Below are positions 9,788-19,229 of a stretch of 64,000 nt of DNA, piece after piece. Below the pieces are notes generated by a model that worked only from the letters and a program-made list of their open reading frames with translations, ran no database searches and was not told the DNA's origin. The DNA lies in assembly GCA_034439575.1 (NCBI GenBank), contig JAWXAQ010000027.1:371681-435680 (forward strand), in the 5' to 3' direction. The translations under genes and the position numbers were made by a program. This DNA is from Leptospira sp. GTDB taxonomy: Bacteria > Spirochaetota > Leptospiria > Leptospirales > Leptospiraceae. How positions within the stretch are numbered: position 1 is the stretch's first letter; each line of letters begins with the position of its first letter.

Positions 9788-10933
9788 TTATATAGGTTTT
9801 GGTTCTGATTTTCTGATTTCATAATCTACAATTTTGGCTTTCAGATTGGCATGTTTTAATGGAAAATGTGATTTTTCTTTCATTCCAAGTTTTCCAAGTA
9901 AAGCAAATTCACCACATAACACTGTACATTTCCAACCGGGAAATTCATTTTTGAAAACTCTACCCATTTGAAAGTAGGTCTCACGTAAATTTTCCATGGG
10001 TTTTCCAATTCTTTCGCCATAAGGAGGGTTTGTTACAATGTGTCCAGATTCACCAAAAGTATTTTTTAATTCTAATACATCTCCGGTGTCAAAAGAAATC
10101 CAATCTTCAACACCCGCTTCAAAAGCATTTTCTTTGGCAATGCGTATAGATTCTGGATCTATATCATAACCAAAAAGACGTTTTTTTTCGGGCGGAGGTA
10201 AGACTGCTTTTGCAAATTCATAGTCAGGAAATAGTTTATGAAAGATAGGTGATTCATCTAAAATATATCGATTTAGCTGGCCTGATAATTTTTCAACAAG
10301 TGCGGCTTCTATCAAAACTGTTCCTGAACCACACATAGGATCAAGCAGTACTTTTCCTGGACTCCATTCTGAAATCGATAACATTGCTTGTGCGATAGGT
10401 TCCCTGACCGGAGCTTTTCCTGCTTCTAATCGATAACCACGCCTGGCTATAGATTCACCAGTAAACGAAAGTTCGATGCTAAATTTATCTAAAAATGATC
10501 GCAAAACAATAGTAATATCTGATACTTTTTTTTCAATACCTGGTAATTGAACCTTTCTTTCGCGTAAACTATCTAAAATGGCATCTTTTAATTTATGAAC
10601 TGCAAATTGAGAATTTCCTAAACTATCTTTTGTTTGAGCATCAATACGGAATGTTTGGTGGGGTTCTATCCATTTTTCCCAAGGAATGGATTTCGCGCGA
10701 ATGTACATTTCATCGTAAGTTTCGGCATTATCTTGTAGGATTTGCCAAGTGACCCTTGAACTGTAACGCGTTGAAATCGCAAAATCGATTACATTTTGCT
10801 TTTTTCCAGAAAAGAAAACACCACCCCTGTTGGAACTAATGATACTTAGGTGGTTTGCCTTAACTTCCGATTCGACAAGCGGAGAAAGTCCTTCACCGCA
10901 AACAGCATGATAAATCGTCTGTGAAGCTTTTAT
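9788..10933 (-). CDS. THUMP-domain class I SAM-dependent RNA methyltransferase (RlmL-like)
   Basis: RRGYR, LDPMCGSGT, GYDID, TNPPYGER. The frame stays open upstream of the track start (10708) and encodes an RlmL-like N-terminus (YHAVCGEGLSPLVESEV...RGGVFF). Start provisionally placed at ATA 10933. Confidence 0.85.
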   Translation of the reverse strand: MKASQTIYHAVCGEGLSPLVESEVKANHLSIISSNRGGVFFSGKKQNVIDFAISTRYSSRVTWQILQDNAETYDEMYIRAKSIPWEKWIEPHQTFRIDAQTKDSLGNSQFAVHKLKDAILDSLRERKVQLPGIEKKVSDITIVLRSFLDKFSIELSFTGESIARRGYRLEAGKAPVREPIAQAMLSISEWSPGKVLLDPMCGSGTVLIEAALVEKLSGQLNRYILDESPIFHKLFPDYEFAKAVLPPPEKKRLFGYDIDPESIRIAKENAFEAGVEDWISFDTGDVLELKNTFGESGHIVTNPPYGERIGKPMENLRETYFQMGRVFKNEFPGWKCTVLCGEFALLGKLGMKEKSHFPLKHANLKAKIVDYEIRKSEPKPI

Positions 10934-11406
10934 GCGCCTTCTCCAATTTTTTGAGCCAGGTAATTTTCTAAACCAATTTCTTTGATCAGATTTTGTTGAG
11001 TTTCGATCCAGTCTATGTGTTCTTCTTCGGCAACTAAGATTCTTTCGAGAAGTTCCCGAGTGCCATTGTCTTTCATAGAAACTGAAATTTCAATGCCACG
11101 ATTTAATCTTTCCACAGCACTGTACTCTAATTGCAAATCATGTTCTAACAATTCAGCAACATTTTTACCTACATTGATTTTCATGTATTTCTGAAGATCG
11201 GGGATGCCATCAAAATAAAGAATTCGTTCCATGATTAGATCTGCATGTTTCATTTCATCAATGGATTCTTTTCTCAAATAATCTCCGAGAGTGGTGTATC
11301 CCCAATTTTTACACAACTTTGCATGAATAAAATACTGATTGATAGCTGTTAATTCTGCAGAGAGAACTTCTGCGAGAATATCTAAAACTTCTTTTTTGCC
11401 TTTCAT
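10930..11406 (-). CDS. bfr: Bacterioferritin
   Basis: MKG...ELTAINQYFIH, ESIDEMKHAD (heme Met), EEEHIDW; 158 aa. Confidence 0.97.
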   Translation of the reverse strand: MKGKKEVLDILAEVLSAELTAINQYFIHAKLCKNWGYTTLGDYLRKESIDEMKHADLIMERILYFDGIPDLQKYMKINVGKNVAELLEHDLQLEYSAVERLNRGIEISVSMKDNGTRELLERILVAEEEHIDWIETQQNLIKEIGLENYLAQKIGEGA

Positions 11407-11441
11407 AATCTTTACCTTCCCAATGGAACGATCTAATGGAA

Positions 11442-11463
11442 TGATAAAATGCTTTCGTTATCA
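11442..11463. promoter_or_regulatory. Inverted repeat TGATAA-N10-TTATCA upstream of bfr (possible Fur-family operator)
   Basis: Perfect 6-bp arms in the bfr/thiolase divergent region; spacer one base longer than a classic Fur box. Confidence 0.35.
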
Positions 11464-11486
11464 GAGCAAGCGTAAACTATATTCTT

Positions 11487-12590
11487 ATGACTAAAGTTTT
11501 CATTCATGGAGCTTCGCTTAGTCCCTTTGGAAAATTCCAAGGAAATTCATTACAACTTTCCACTCAAACAGCTAAAGAGTCTGTGAATGAATTTGGTAAA
11601 GACAAAATAGAATTTTTGATATTTGCCAGTTTTTCGCCCGATCGTTATACGAACGAATTTCATTTACCTACAAAAATTGCACAAAACCTTGGGATTTCTC
11701 ATGCTTTTTGTATACGTTCGGAAACAGCTTCTTCTGCTGGAGCTTCTGCGTTTCAATTAGGAGTGAATCTGATTCTCAGTGGCAGATTCAAACACGGGTT
11801 AGTGATTGCGACTGAGATAATGTCTCAATTGAATAGAGAAGAAAACAATTTATTGTTAGGTTCCGTATTATCTGAACACCAAAGATCCCTTGGTATGTCA
11901 ATGGCGCAAGGCGGGGCAATGTTTACCAGGCGTTATCTGGATATGTATGGCTATAAAGAAATAGATTTGTATTCTTTGTCTAAAAAGTTACATGATAACG
12001 GTTTAAAAAATCCCGTAGCCCAGATCAAAAAAAATCTTTCATTCGATGATTATAGCAAACAGACAAAAATTTCCTCACCTTTAGGACTTTTTGACATCTC
12101 ACCACTTTCAGATGGATCGGCATCCGTTATATTATCGATAAACAAGAGTAATGTGAGCGTAAAGGGGATGGGACATGGAACTGGAAAATTTTTGCCCTCA
12201 GGGGATCCTAGTTTTCAAGCAAGCACCATCGCATTTGAAAGAGCATTTACCGAGGCAAAACTTTCTTCGAAAGAAATCCATTTTGCGGAGTTACATGATG
12301 CCTTTACACCCTTTGAATTGATAGGAGCGGAAGATGCAGGTCTATTCCCTAGAGGAGAAGCACTCAGACGAGTGATCAGTGGGGTCACACATCCGGAAGG
12401 AGATTTACCCATCAATGTTTCAGGCGGATTAAAATCACGCGGTCACCCCGTTGGTGCCTCTGGGCTTGCCCAAATTGTAGAAATTTGTCGCTTTTTTCCC
12501 AAAAAGGATAGGCAAACATTTGCACTTGCTCATAGCATTGGTGGACTAGCAACAAACAATTTTGCTACAATTCTTGAAAGGGAGTTATGA
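11487..12590 (+). CDS. Thiolase-family protein (SCP2/lipid-transfer type)
   Basis: SPLSDGSA, ELHDAF, INVSGGL, GHPVGASG; the N-terminal catalytic Cys position appears to be Ser. Confidence 0.85.
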   Translation: MTKVFIHGASLSPFGKFQGNSLQLSTQTAKESVNEFGKDKIEFLIFASFSPDRYTNEFHLPTKIAQNLGISHAFCIRSETASSAGASAFQLGVNLILSGRFKHGLVIATEIMSQLNREENNLLLGSVLSEHQRSLGMSMAQGGAMFTRRYLDMYGYKEIDLYSLSKKLHDNGLKNPVAQIKKNLSFDDYSKQTKISSPLGLFDISPLSDGSASVILSINKSNVSVKGMGHGTGKFLPSGDPSFQASTIAFERAFTEAKLSSKEIHFAELHDAFTPFELIGAEDAGLFPRGEALRRVISGVTHPEGDLPINVSGGLKSRGHPVGASGLAQIVEICRFFPKKDRQTFALAHSIGGLATNNFATILEREL

Positions 12591-13648
12591 CACAAAAAAT
12601 TCTGATTTTGCAAACGGCTTTTTTGGGAGATTTGATTCTATCGACTCCTTTCTTTCATGCCGTTAGAAATCAATTTCCAGATGCACAAATTGATTTGGTT
12701 TGTAATTTAGGGACAGAACAAATTGTTTTTGGGAATCCTGACATTAGTGAAGTTATTCCTATTGATAAAAAAAAATCCCACAAACGTTTGTTTGGCTTTT
12801 TGAAATTTGCTCTGGCTCTACGTGATAAAAATTATGATATTATTTTTTCTCCACATTTTTCCTATCGTTCGACAATCCTAAGTTATATTATTGGTGCAAA
12901 GATTCGCATTGGTTATAAACAGTCTGGTTTTTCTTTTTTACATACAAAAAAAATTCTAAGACCTGTCATTGGACCCCATGAAGTTCACAAATTATTTTCT
13001 CTCTTGTATGATTCAGAAAATGATTTTCCAAAAGGTAGAGATCAAAGGCCATTTTTATATCCTGGCGAAGTAGAGATTACAAATTTTAATCATAAAGCCA
13101 GCGAATTAAAAATATTACCAAAGTCTTATATTATAATTGCCCCATCTTCGCTTTGGGAAACAAAAAGGATGCCTGAAGAAAAATTTGTTTCAGTGATGAG
13201 TCATATTCTCAGAAAAAGATCAGAAACTATCGTGCTTGTTGGATCAAAGAGTGATACTGCTATAGAAGAAAAAATCTTCGGTCTATTGAAAACTGAACCT
13301 TTAAAACCCAAGGAAAGAATCAGGGTTCATTCACTTATAGGAAAAACGAGCTTAGGTGACCTCGCAGTTTGGATACAAAATTCGTCAGCTATCATTACAA
13401 ATGATTCAAGTCCAGTTCATTATGCTTCTGCCTTCGATATTCCTACAGTCATGATTTATGGTGCGACGATTCCTGGATTTGGATATTCTTCACTTTCCAC
13501 AAAACATAAATTAATCGAGATAGAAAATCTAAATTGTAGACCATGTGGGATTCATGGTGGAAAAATTTGCCCGAAGTCCCATTTTAAATGTATGTTAGAT
13601 CAAGATCCTTTGAAGATTTTTAAAGCGCTTGAAGAAGTGATAAATTAA
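12587..13648 (+). CDS. Glycosyltransferase family 9 (LPS heptosyltransferase-like)
   Basis: LQTAFLGDLIL, TNDSSPVHYASA, YGAT, CRPC...C...C. Confidence 0.9.
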   Translation: MTQKILILQTAFLGDLILSTPFFHAVRNQFPDAQIDLVCNLGTEQIVFGNPDISEVIPIDKKKSHKRLFGFLKFALALRDKNYDIIFSPHFSYRSTILSYIIGAKIRIGYKQSGFSFLHTKKILRPVIGPHEVHKLFSLLYDSENDFPKGRDQRPFLYPGEVEITNFNHKASELKILPKSYIIIAPSSLWETKRMPEEKFVSVMSHILRKRSETIVLVGSKSDTAIEEKIFGLLKTEPLKPKERIRVHSLIGKTSLGDLAVWIQNSSAIITNDSSPVHYASAFDIPTVMIYGATIPGFGYSSLSTKHKLIEIENLNCRPCGIHGGKICPKSHFKCMLDQDPLKIFKALEEVIN

Positions 13649-13650
13649 GT

Positions 13651-14949
13651 ATGAAAAAATTAGAAGATAAAGTATTTCAAAAAAGAATTCACGAAGTTCA
13701 AAAACTTTTAAATAAAGACGAACTTTTACTTATATTTGCGGCAAATCATAAAATTAGAAACCGAGATGTAGAATATAAATTTCGGCAAGATTCAGACTTT
13801 TATTATTTAACGGGCATAGAAGAAGCAGATGGGATTTTATATGTCGCCAAACAAGAAGTAGGTATGTTCTGTTTACCGAAAGATAAAGAAAAAGAAATTT
13901 GGACGGGCATTCGATTAGGTAAAGAAAAAATAGAAGAAAAACTGAATTTGGACAAAACCTTTGATTTAGCAGAGTGGGACCAATTAAAGTTTGGTCTATT
14001 GCAAGGTTACAAAACTCTATTTTATTTTTTTGGATACGATGATAGAAGAGATTTGGAAATCATCAAAGCGGTGAGAGAAGTTTCCGCAAAAGTGAGAGAA
14101 GGAAAATTTGCACCTTCCTCTATCACCGAACCTCATTTTTTACATGAAATGCGTTCTATTAAATCAGCAGATGAAATAGAAATTTTAAAAGAAGCAGCAC
14201 GTATCACAGCGAATGGTCATAACAAAATCATGTCTATGGTGCGACCAGGGATGTTTGAATACGAATTGGAAGCGATCCTTGAAGAAGAGTATTTACGGGC
14301 TGGGGCATGGGGCGGTGGTTATGGACATATTGTTGCTTCTGGAAAAAATGCATGTATTCTCCATTATGTAGAAAACAACTCAGAGATTAAAAAAGATGAA
14401 TTGATACTCGTTGATTCTGGTGCCGAGTGGAATTATTATACTGCTGATGTAACACGCGTTTTCCCTTCAGGAAAAAAATTTACAGAACCTCAAAAAATAA
14501 TTTATGAAGTCGTTTTGGCCTCGCAAAAAAATGCCATTCAATTTGCCAAAGAAGGGGTAGAATTTAACGAAATCCACCTAAAGACAGTTCGATTTTTGTC
14601 TGATTGTTTAAGAGAAATGGGTTTTTTGACAGGAAGTTTAGATTCGATCATAGAGACGGGTGCCTTCAAAAAGTTTTATATGCATAGAACAGGACATTAT
14701 CTTGGAATGGATGTTCATGATGTAGGAACTTATTATACTGATGGAAAAAGTAAAAAATTAAAAAATGGCCAAGTGATTACCGTGGAACCAGGCTTATACT
14801 TTGACCCACAAGATAATTCGATTCCAAAAGAATTTAGAGGCATCGGAATTCGCATTGAAGATGATATTTTGATTCACGGAAAAAATCCTATCATTTTGAC
14901 TTCACAGATCCCCAAAGAAATAGATGAACTTGAAGCATTAAAGAATTAA
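13651..14949 (+). CDS. pepP: Xaa-Pro aminopeptidase
   Basis: RNRDVEYKFRQDSDFYYLTG, ILHY, DSGAE...ADVTR, HRTGHYLGMDVHD, TVEPGLY, GIRIEDD. Confidence 0.93.
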   Translation: MKKLEDKVFQKRIHEVQKLLNKDELLLIFAANHKIRNRDVEYKFRQDSDFYYLTGIEEADGILYVAKQEVGMFCLPKDKEKEIWTGIRLGKEKIEEKLNLDKTFDLAEWDQLKFGLLQGYKTLFYFFGYDDRRDLEIIKAVREVSAKVREGKFAPSSITEPHFLHEMRSIKSADEIEILKEAARITANGHNKIMSMVRPGMFEYELEAILEEEYLRAGAWGGGYGHIVASGKNACILHYVENNSEIKKDELILVDSGAEWNYYTADVTRVFPSGKKFTEPQKIIYEVVLASQKNAIQFAKEGVEFNEIHLKTVRFLSDCLREMGFLTGSLDSIIETGAFKKFYMHRTGHYLGMDVHDVGTYYTDGKSKKLKNGQVITVEPGLYFDPQDNSIPKEFRGIGIRIEDDILIHGKNPIILTSQIPKEIDELEALKN

Positions 14950-14950
14950 A

Positions 14951-15397
14951 GTGTCAAACGCGAATCGTTTTAATTCGGTTAAATATATTGGTAGACTTTC
15001 CGAATTTTTAGTAGAGGTCATTGAATCTGAATTAACAAAATTTGGTTATGATAGCCTTTCTGCGACTCATTTTGAAATTATCACATATTTGATTCGCAAA
15101 AAAAATCCAGTGAATATGACGTCCATTTCGGAGGCTATTCATAGAAAAAAACCCACGGTCACCATACTCGTCAATAAATTGGAATCAATGGGTCTTGTTC
15201 AAAAGGAAAGTTCCAAAGAAGACAAACGTGAGTTTATGATTAGCCTTACCAAAAAAGGTAAAGAATTTCGAAGTGTGGCTTTGAAAATAAGTTCAAAAGT
15301 TTTTTCTCTGAAACTATGGGGTGTCACACCTGAAGAATCAGAGAAATTATTTATTTTATTAGATAAAATCTACCGACATACAAGTGTTAAAAGCTAA
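14951..15397 (+). CDS. MarR-family transcriptional regulator
   Basis: Winged HTH, EDKREFMISLTKKG; GTG start. Confidence 0.85.
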   Translation: MSNANRFNSVKYIGRLSEFLVEVIESELTKFGYDSLSATHFEIITYLIRKKNPVNMTSISEAIHRKKPTVTILVNKLESMGLVQKESSKEDKREFMISLTKKGKEFRSVALKISSKVFSLKLWGVTPEESEKLFILLDKIYRHTSVKS

Positions 15398-16151
15398 ATT
15401 CTGGCCTTCTACCAGCAACTGAAGCTGCAATGCCTTCTTTCGCATCAGCAGATTGTAAACTACTAAGGGTCGCAGCTATATCTTTTTCAATCAAGGATGT
15501 TCTTTTAGATGTTAGTTCTCTTAAAGCCGCCTTACTTGAAACCATTGCAGAAATTGAATTTTTAATCAATCGATTCACATATTTATCCACCGATTCGCGT
15601 AATTTATTCGCATCTGGATGCATTTCATGATAAAGTCCTAAGTCCAATGCCTCACTTGTCTTAAACGCATTGCCCCAAAGGATATGTTCTGATGCACTTT
15701 TAGCTCCAATGATATCCGCTAAAAGCATAGCAATAAAGCTAGGTACTCTGATTCCAATTTTGACTTCAGGCAGTCCAATTCTCATTCCCTCTAGGCCAAA
15801 ACGAAAATCACTAGCAAGGGCAATCATCGCACCATATCCCATCGCGTGGCCCGAAACTTCTGCAATGACGGGAGTAGGATAGGTATAAATTTTTTCTAAT
15901 ATCCCATAAAAGTAATTCATAAACTCTTGTAAGGTGGCCTCTGTCGGTTTATCACTCAATTGAGCTAAATTTAAACCTATAGAAAAAATTTTTTCGCGAG
16001 CACTTCTAATAATTAAAACTTTTGATTTTTCACTTTTGGCATTGACCAGAGTGGAATCTAAACTCGCAAAGGCATTCAAATCAAAACTATTGTTCTCATT
16101 TGTGTCTAATGTGATGGTCTGAATTCCGTTGTTATTATTGTAATGGATCAT
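15387..16151 (-). CDS. Enoyl-CoA hydratase/isomerase family protein
   Basis: FSIGLNL, GHAMGYGA, GLPEVKIG, EGIAA...RRPEF. Confidence 0.9.
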   Translation of the reverse strand: MIHYNNNNGIQTITLDTNENNSFDLNAFASLDSTLVNAKSEKSKVLIIRSAREKIFSIGLNLAQLSDKPTEATLQEFMNYFYGILEKIYTYPTPVIAEVSGHAMGYGAMIALASDFRFGLEGMRIGLPEVKIGIRVPSFIAMLLADIIGAKSASEHILWGNAFKTSEALDLGLYHEMHPDANKLRESVDKYVNRLIKNSISAMVSSKAALRELTSKRTSLIEKDIAATLSSLQSADAKEGIAASVAGRRPEFSF

Positions 16152-16225
16152 ATCTTTCTCCGAAAAAAGGTTAGATATCTAACTAAATTTGGAAAAGAAA
16201 TTTTTTGCAAGTATTATTGCAAAAA

Positions 16226-17413
16226 TTAATCTGAACTTAAATAAACTTTGATCACTTCTTTCATAACTGAAAGTCCGATCGGGAGAGCATCTTCATCAAA
16301 ATCAAAAAAAGAACTATGATGAGGGTTTATAAATCCTTTCTTTTCATTGCGCGAACCTACAAAAAAATAACAGCCTGGTTTTTTCATCAAAAAAGCAGAA
16401 AAATCTTCACCGCCCATCGTACGTGTATTTTCTTCCGTTAAACATTCATTGCCTAGGATATTGTTAGCAGCCTTTCTTACTATATCTGCCATATCTGGAT
16501 CATTGATCGTTGGTTTATCGATTCGTTTGTATCTAAAATCGATATCCGCACCGAATCCTTTAGCAATACCACGTACAAGTGATTCCAATCTTTCTGGAAA
16601 CATATGATAGATATCTTTTGAGTAAGTTCGAACCGTTCCACGAAGTTCAGCGGTTTCAGGAATTACATTAAAAGCATTCCCTGAGTGAAAACTACCCACA
16701 GTCACCACACAAGGTTCCAGAGGATCCACATTTCTGGATACAATCGTCTGTAAGGCGGTAACTATATGAGAACCAACAACAATGGGATCGACTGTGTGTT
16801 GCGGCAGGGCGCCGTGACCACTCACACCTTTGACAGTGATAAAAAATTCGTCAACAGAGGCCATCATGGTTCCGTTCACAACGCCGATTTTACCTAGATC
16901 GATATGATTCCATAGGTGTAAGGCGAAACAAGCGTCCACATTATATTTTTCAAGTATACCCGCTTGGATCATTTTGTCAGCTCCTGCACCGCCTTCCTCA
17001 GCTGGTTGGAAGCAAAGGAGCACACGGCCTTTGGGAACAAACGAATGTAAAGATTCTTTTAGTTCTGTTGACAATGCCATGAGTATACTCGTATGCCCAT
17101 CATGACCACAAGCATGCATTTTTCCTGGATTTAGACTTTTGTAATCATGTAAACTTTCTTCGAAGATGGGAAGAGCATCCATATCTGCACGCACAAGGAT
17201 TGTTTTCCCAGGAAGCCCAGAATCCACCAAACAGACGATACCCGTTTCAGCAATCCCGTCTTCATACGAGAAACCTAAGGTCTTAAGGTGTGTGGAAACA
17301 AAATTGGAAGTGGCCTTTTCTTCATACATTAGCTCTGGATTTTTATGAATCGTTCTCCGGAAATGAATCATTTCCTCTTTGCGCTTGTTAGGTGTCATAA
17401 AACTAGTATTCAT
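16226..17413 (-). CDS. M20D-family amidohydrolase
   Basis: [31 protein letters not shown]. Confidence 0.92.
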   Translation of the reverse strand: MNTSFMTPNKRKEEMIHFRRTIHKNPELMYEEKATSNFVSTHLKTLGFSYEDGIAETGIVCLVDSGLPGKTILVRADMDALPIFEESLHDYKSLNPGKMHACGHDGHTSILMALSTELKESLHSFVPKGRVLLCFQPAEEGGAGADKMIQAGILEKYNVDACFALHLWNHIDLGKIGVVNGTMMASVDEFFITVKGVSGHGALPQHTVDPIVVGSHIVTALQTIVSRNVDPLEPCVVTVGSFHSGNAFNVIPETAELRGTVRTYSKDIYHMFPERLESLVRGIAKGFGADIDFRYKRIDKPTINDPDMADIVRKAANNILGNECLTEENTRTMGGEDFSAFLMKKPGCYFFVGSRNEKKGFINPHHSSFFDFDEDALPIGLSVMKEVIKVYLSSD

Positions 17414-19119
17414 AGCTTATCTGTTTCTATGCGAGCTCGTTTTTCTACTTCATCTAAAATTTGGTACAAATCCAATCCGTATTTTTCGAAAAGCGAGTTT
17501 TTGGCCAATTCGTACCTAACTAAATTAATATTAAAATTGATTTTGGATTGAGTGACTGCCAGCTCAGATTGTGCTAATGCATCAAGTGCATTTTTAACAT
17601 TAACAGCTGTAAATCTACCTTGGCGAAAACGATTGATAAGGCCATTATAGAAGGAATCATTTTCCTTTTTTGTTTTTTTGAAATCCTGTAAAAGTGTATG
17701 GCTTGCAACTAGTAGTTCATAACGATTATCTATATCTTGTGTAATTTCTTGTTCTAAGTTATTGATTTGTAAATCTAACATTTTTAAGTTAGCTTCCGCA
17801 TCACGAATATTTGCCTTAACACCAAGATCCCACAAAGGATAACTCATTTTCAATTCTGCTGATACTTGCGGGTAATTGTTCAAATAAGAAAGTCCCATTT
17901 GTTGTCTGGCTATAAAGTTTTCTTGTGGTGATAAAAAACTTTGATTGATAGAACTATATCCTAAGGTTGCTTTTAAAGAAGGTTGGTCTTCATCATTGGC
18001 ATTGGCAAGCATAAGCACTGCCATTTCTCTTTGGCGTTTTAAAATTAAATAATCGATTCGATGTGCCAGCGCATACTTTTTATCTTCTGCTAAATTAATT
18101 CCAGTGGGCAGATTTTCAGTAAGATCAGTAACACCTGCTATGGTAGATCCAGAATCAGCATTTAAGATGCGCACTAAATTTCTTTCTGCTTCGATGCGAT
18201 CTACTTTAGCTTTTTCCAGTGCAGATTCTGTTTTAAGAACAGCTTGATTCCATTGGTTGACTTCAAATCCTTCGGAAAGACCAAGTGATTGTTTTCGTCT
18301 TGTCAGAGTCCGAATTTCTTCTGTATTTTTTAGAACCTTTTCATAAGTGCTGATTTGTGAATCAACAATGCCGAGTGACCAATAATCAACTAACACTTTG
18401 ACTACTAATTGAGTTAAAATACTGATATAATTTTCTCGAGTTAGTAAAGTTTGGTTGCGGTAGAGTTTTTCTTTATCCTCTTCTGTTCTTCCAAAACCAT
18501 ACTTTAATAATTCTTGGGAGAGGGTAAATGATACAGCCCCTGTGTGCATAGGAGCTGTCGCCAAACTGCTAAAAGATGAAGTTAATGGATTCAGTGGATC
18601 TTCGAAGGCATTTGTATCATATCTCAGAGTGTATACTTCGGTCTTAAAATATGTGCCCGTTTTGAATTGTTTTTCTATCCCTGCAGAAATTTTATCTTGG
18701 TTTCGTTTTGTTCCGGCAAAAAGATTGTTTCGATTATCTGGAAAAATTTGTTTCGCAGATTGGATTCCGGCTAAGGCTTTCCATGTAAATTTTGACTGAT
18801 TTTTAAGTTCAGGTGAATCTGCTTTTACAATTTCCAATTTTGCATTTTGGACAATGATATTGTTTTCTATTACTTTTTCTATGGCATCTGCAATTGTTAA
18901 ACGAAGGAGTGGTTTTTCAGATTTAGAACTTGATTCGGGAGTTGGGTACGCAGTCGACGCTTCCCATTCAGAGGTTCGGTACCTTCTCATTTGTTCATCA
19001 AATTCTGATTCTGAATAGAGGTTACTATGAACGCTAGAAACCAAAAATAATATTAAACCACTGGTCAACATTCGAATAAAGAAAGGGGTATAGGTTAAAT
19101 TTAATTTAAAGATAAACAC
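17410..19119 (-). CDS. TolC-family outer membrane efflux protein
   Basis: L.L.DAI..V.ENN, two repeated helix/beta halves, SYPLWD, RFRQG. The start is uncertain (GTG 19119 or ATG 19071); the track start overlaps the next gene. Confidence 0.8.
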   Translation of the reverse strand: MFIFKLNLTYTPFFIRMLTSGLILFLVSSVHSNLYSESEFDEQMRRYRTSEWEASTAYPTPESSSKSEKPLLRLTIADAIEKVIENNIIVQNAKLEIVKADSPELKNQSKFTWKALAGIQSAKQIFPDNRNNLFAGTKRNQDKISAGIEKQFKTGTYFKTEVYTLRYDTNAFEDPLNPLTSSFSSLATAPMHTGAVSFTLSQELLKYGFGRTEEDKEKLYRNQTLLTRENYISILTQLVVKVLVDYWSLGIVDSQISTYEKVLKNTEEIRTLTRRKQSLGLSEGFEVNQWNQAVLKTESALEKAKVDRIEAERNLVRILNADSGSTIAGVTDLTENLPTGINLAEDKKYALAHRIDYLILKRQREMAVLMLANANDEDQPSLKATLGYSSINQSFLSPQENFIARQQMGLSYLNNYPQVSAELKMSYPLWDLGVKANIRDAEANLKMLDLQINNLEQEITQDIDNRYELLVASHTLLQDFKKTKKENDSFYNGLINRFRQGRFTAVNVKNALDALAQSELAVTQSKINFNINLVRYELAKNSLFEKYGLDLYQILDEVEKRARIETDKL

Positions 19120-19229
19120 GATTAATTTCTTAAAAACCTCCTTCTTTCTACAGCATCGAAAATGGATTTCCGTGGGCAACACAAAATAACCTTGCGTACC
19201 GATTGTTAATCCTACACAGCTATTAGACA

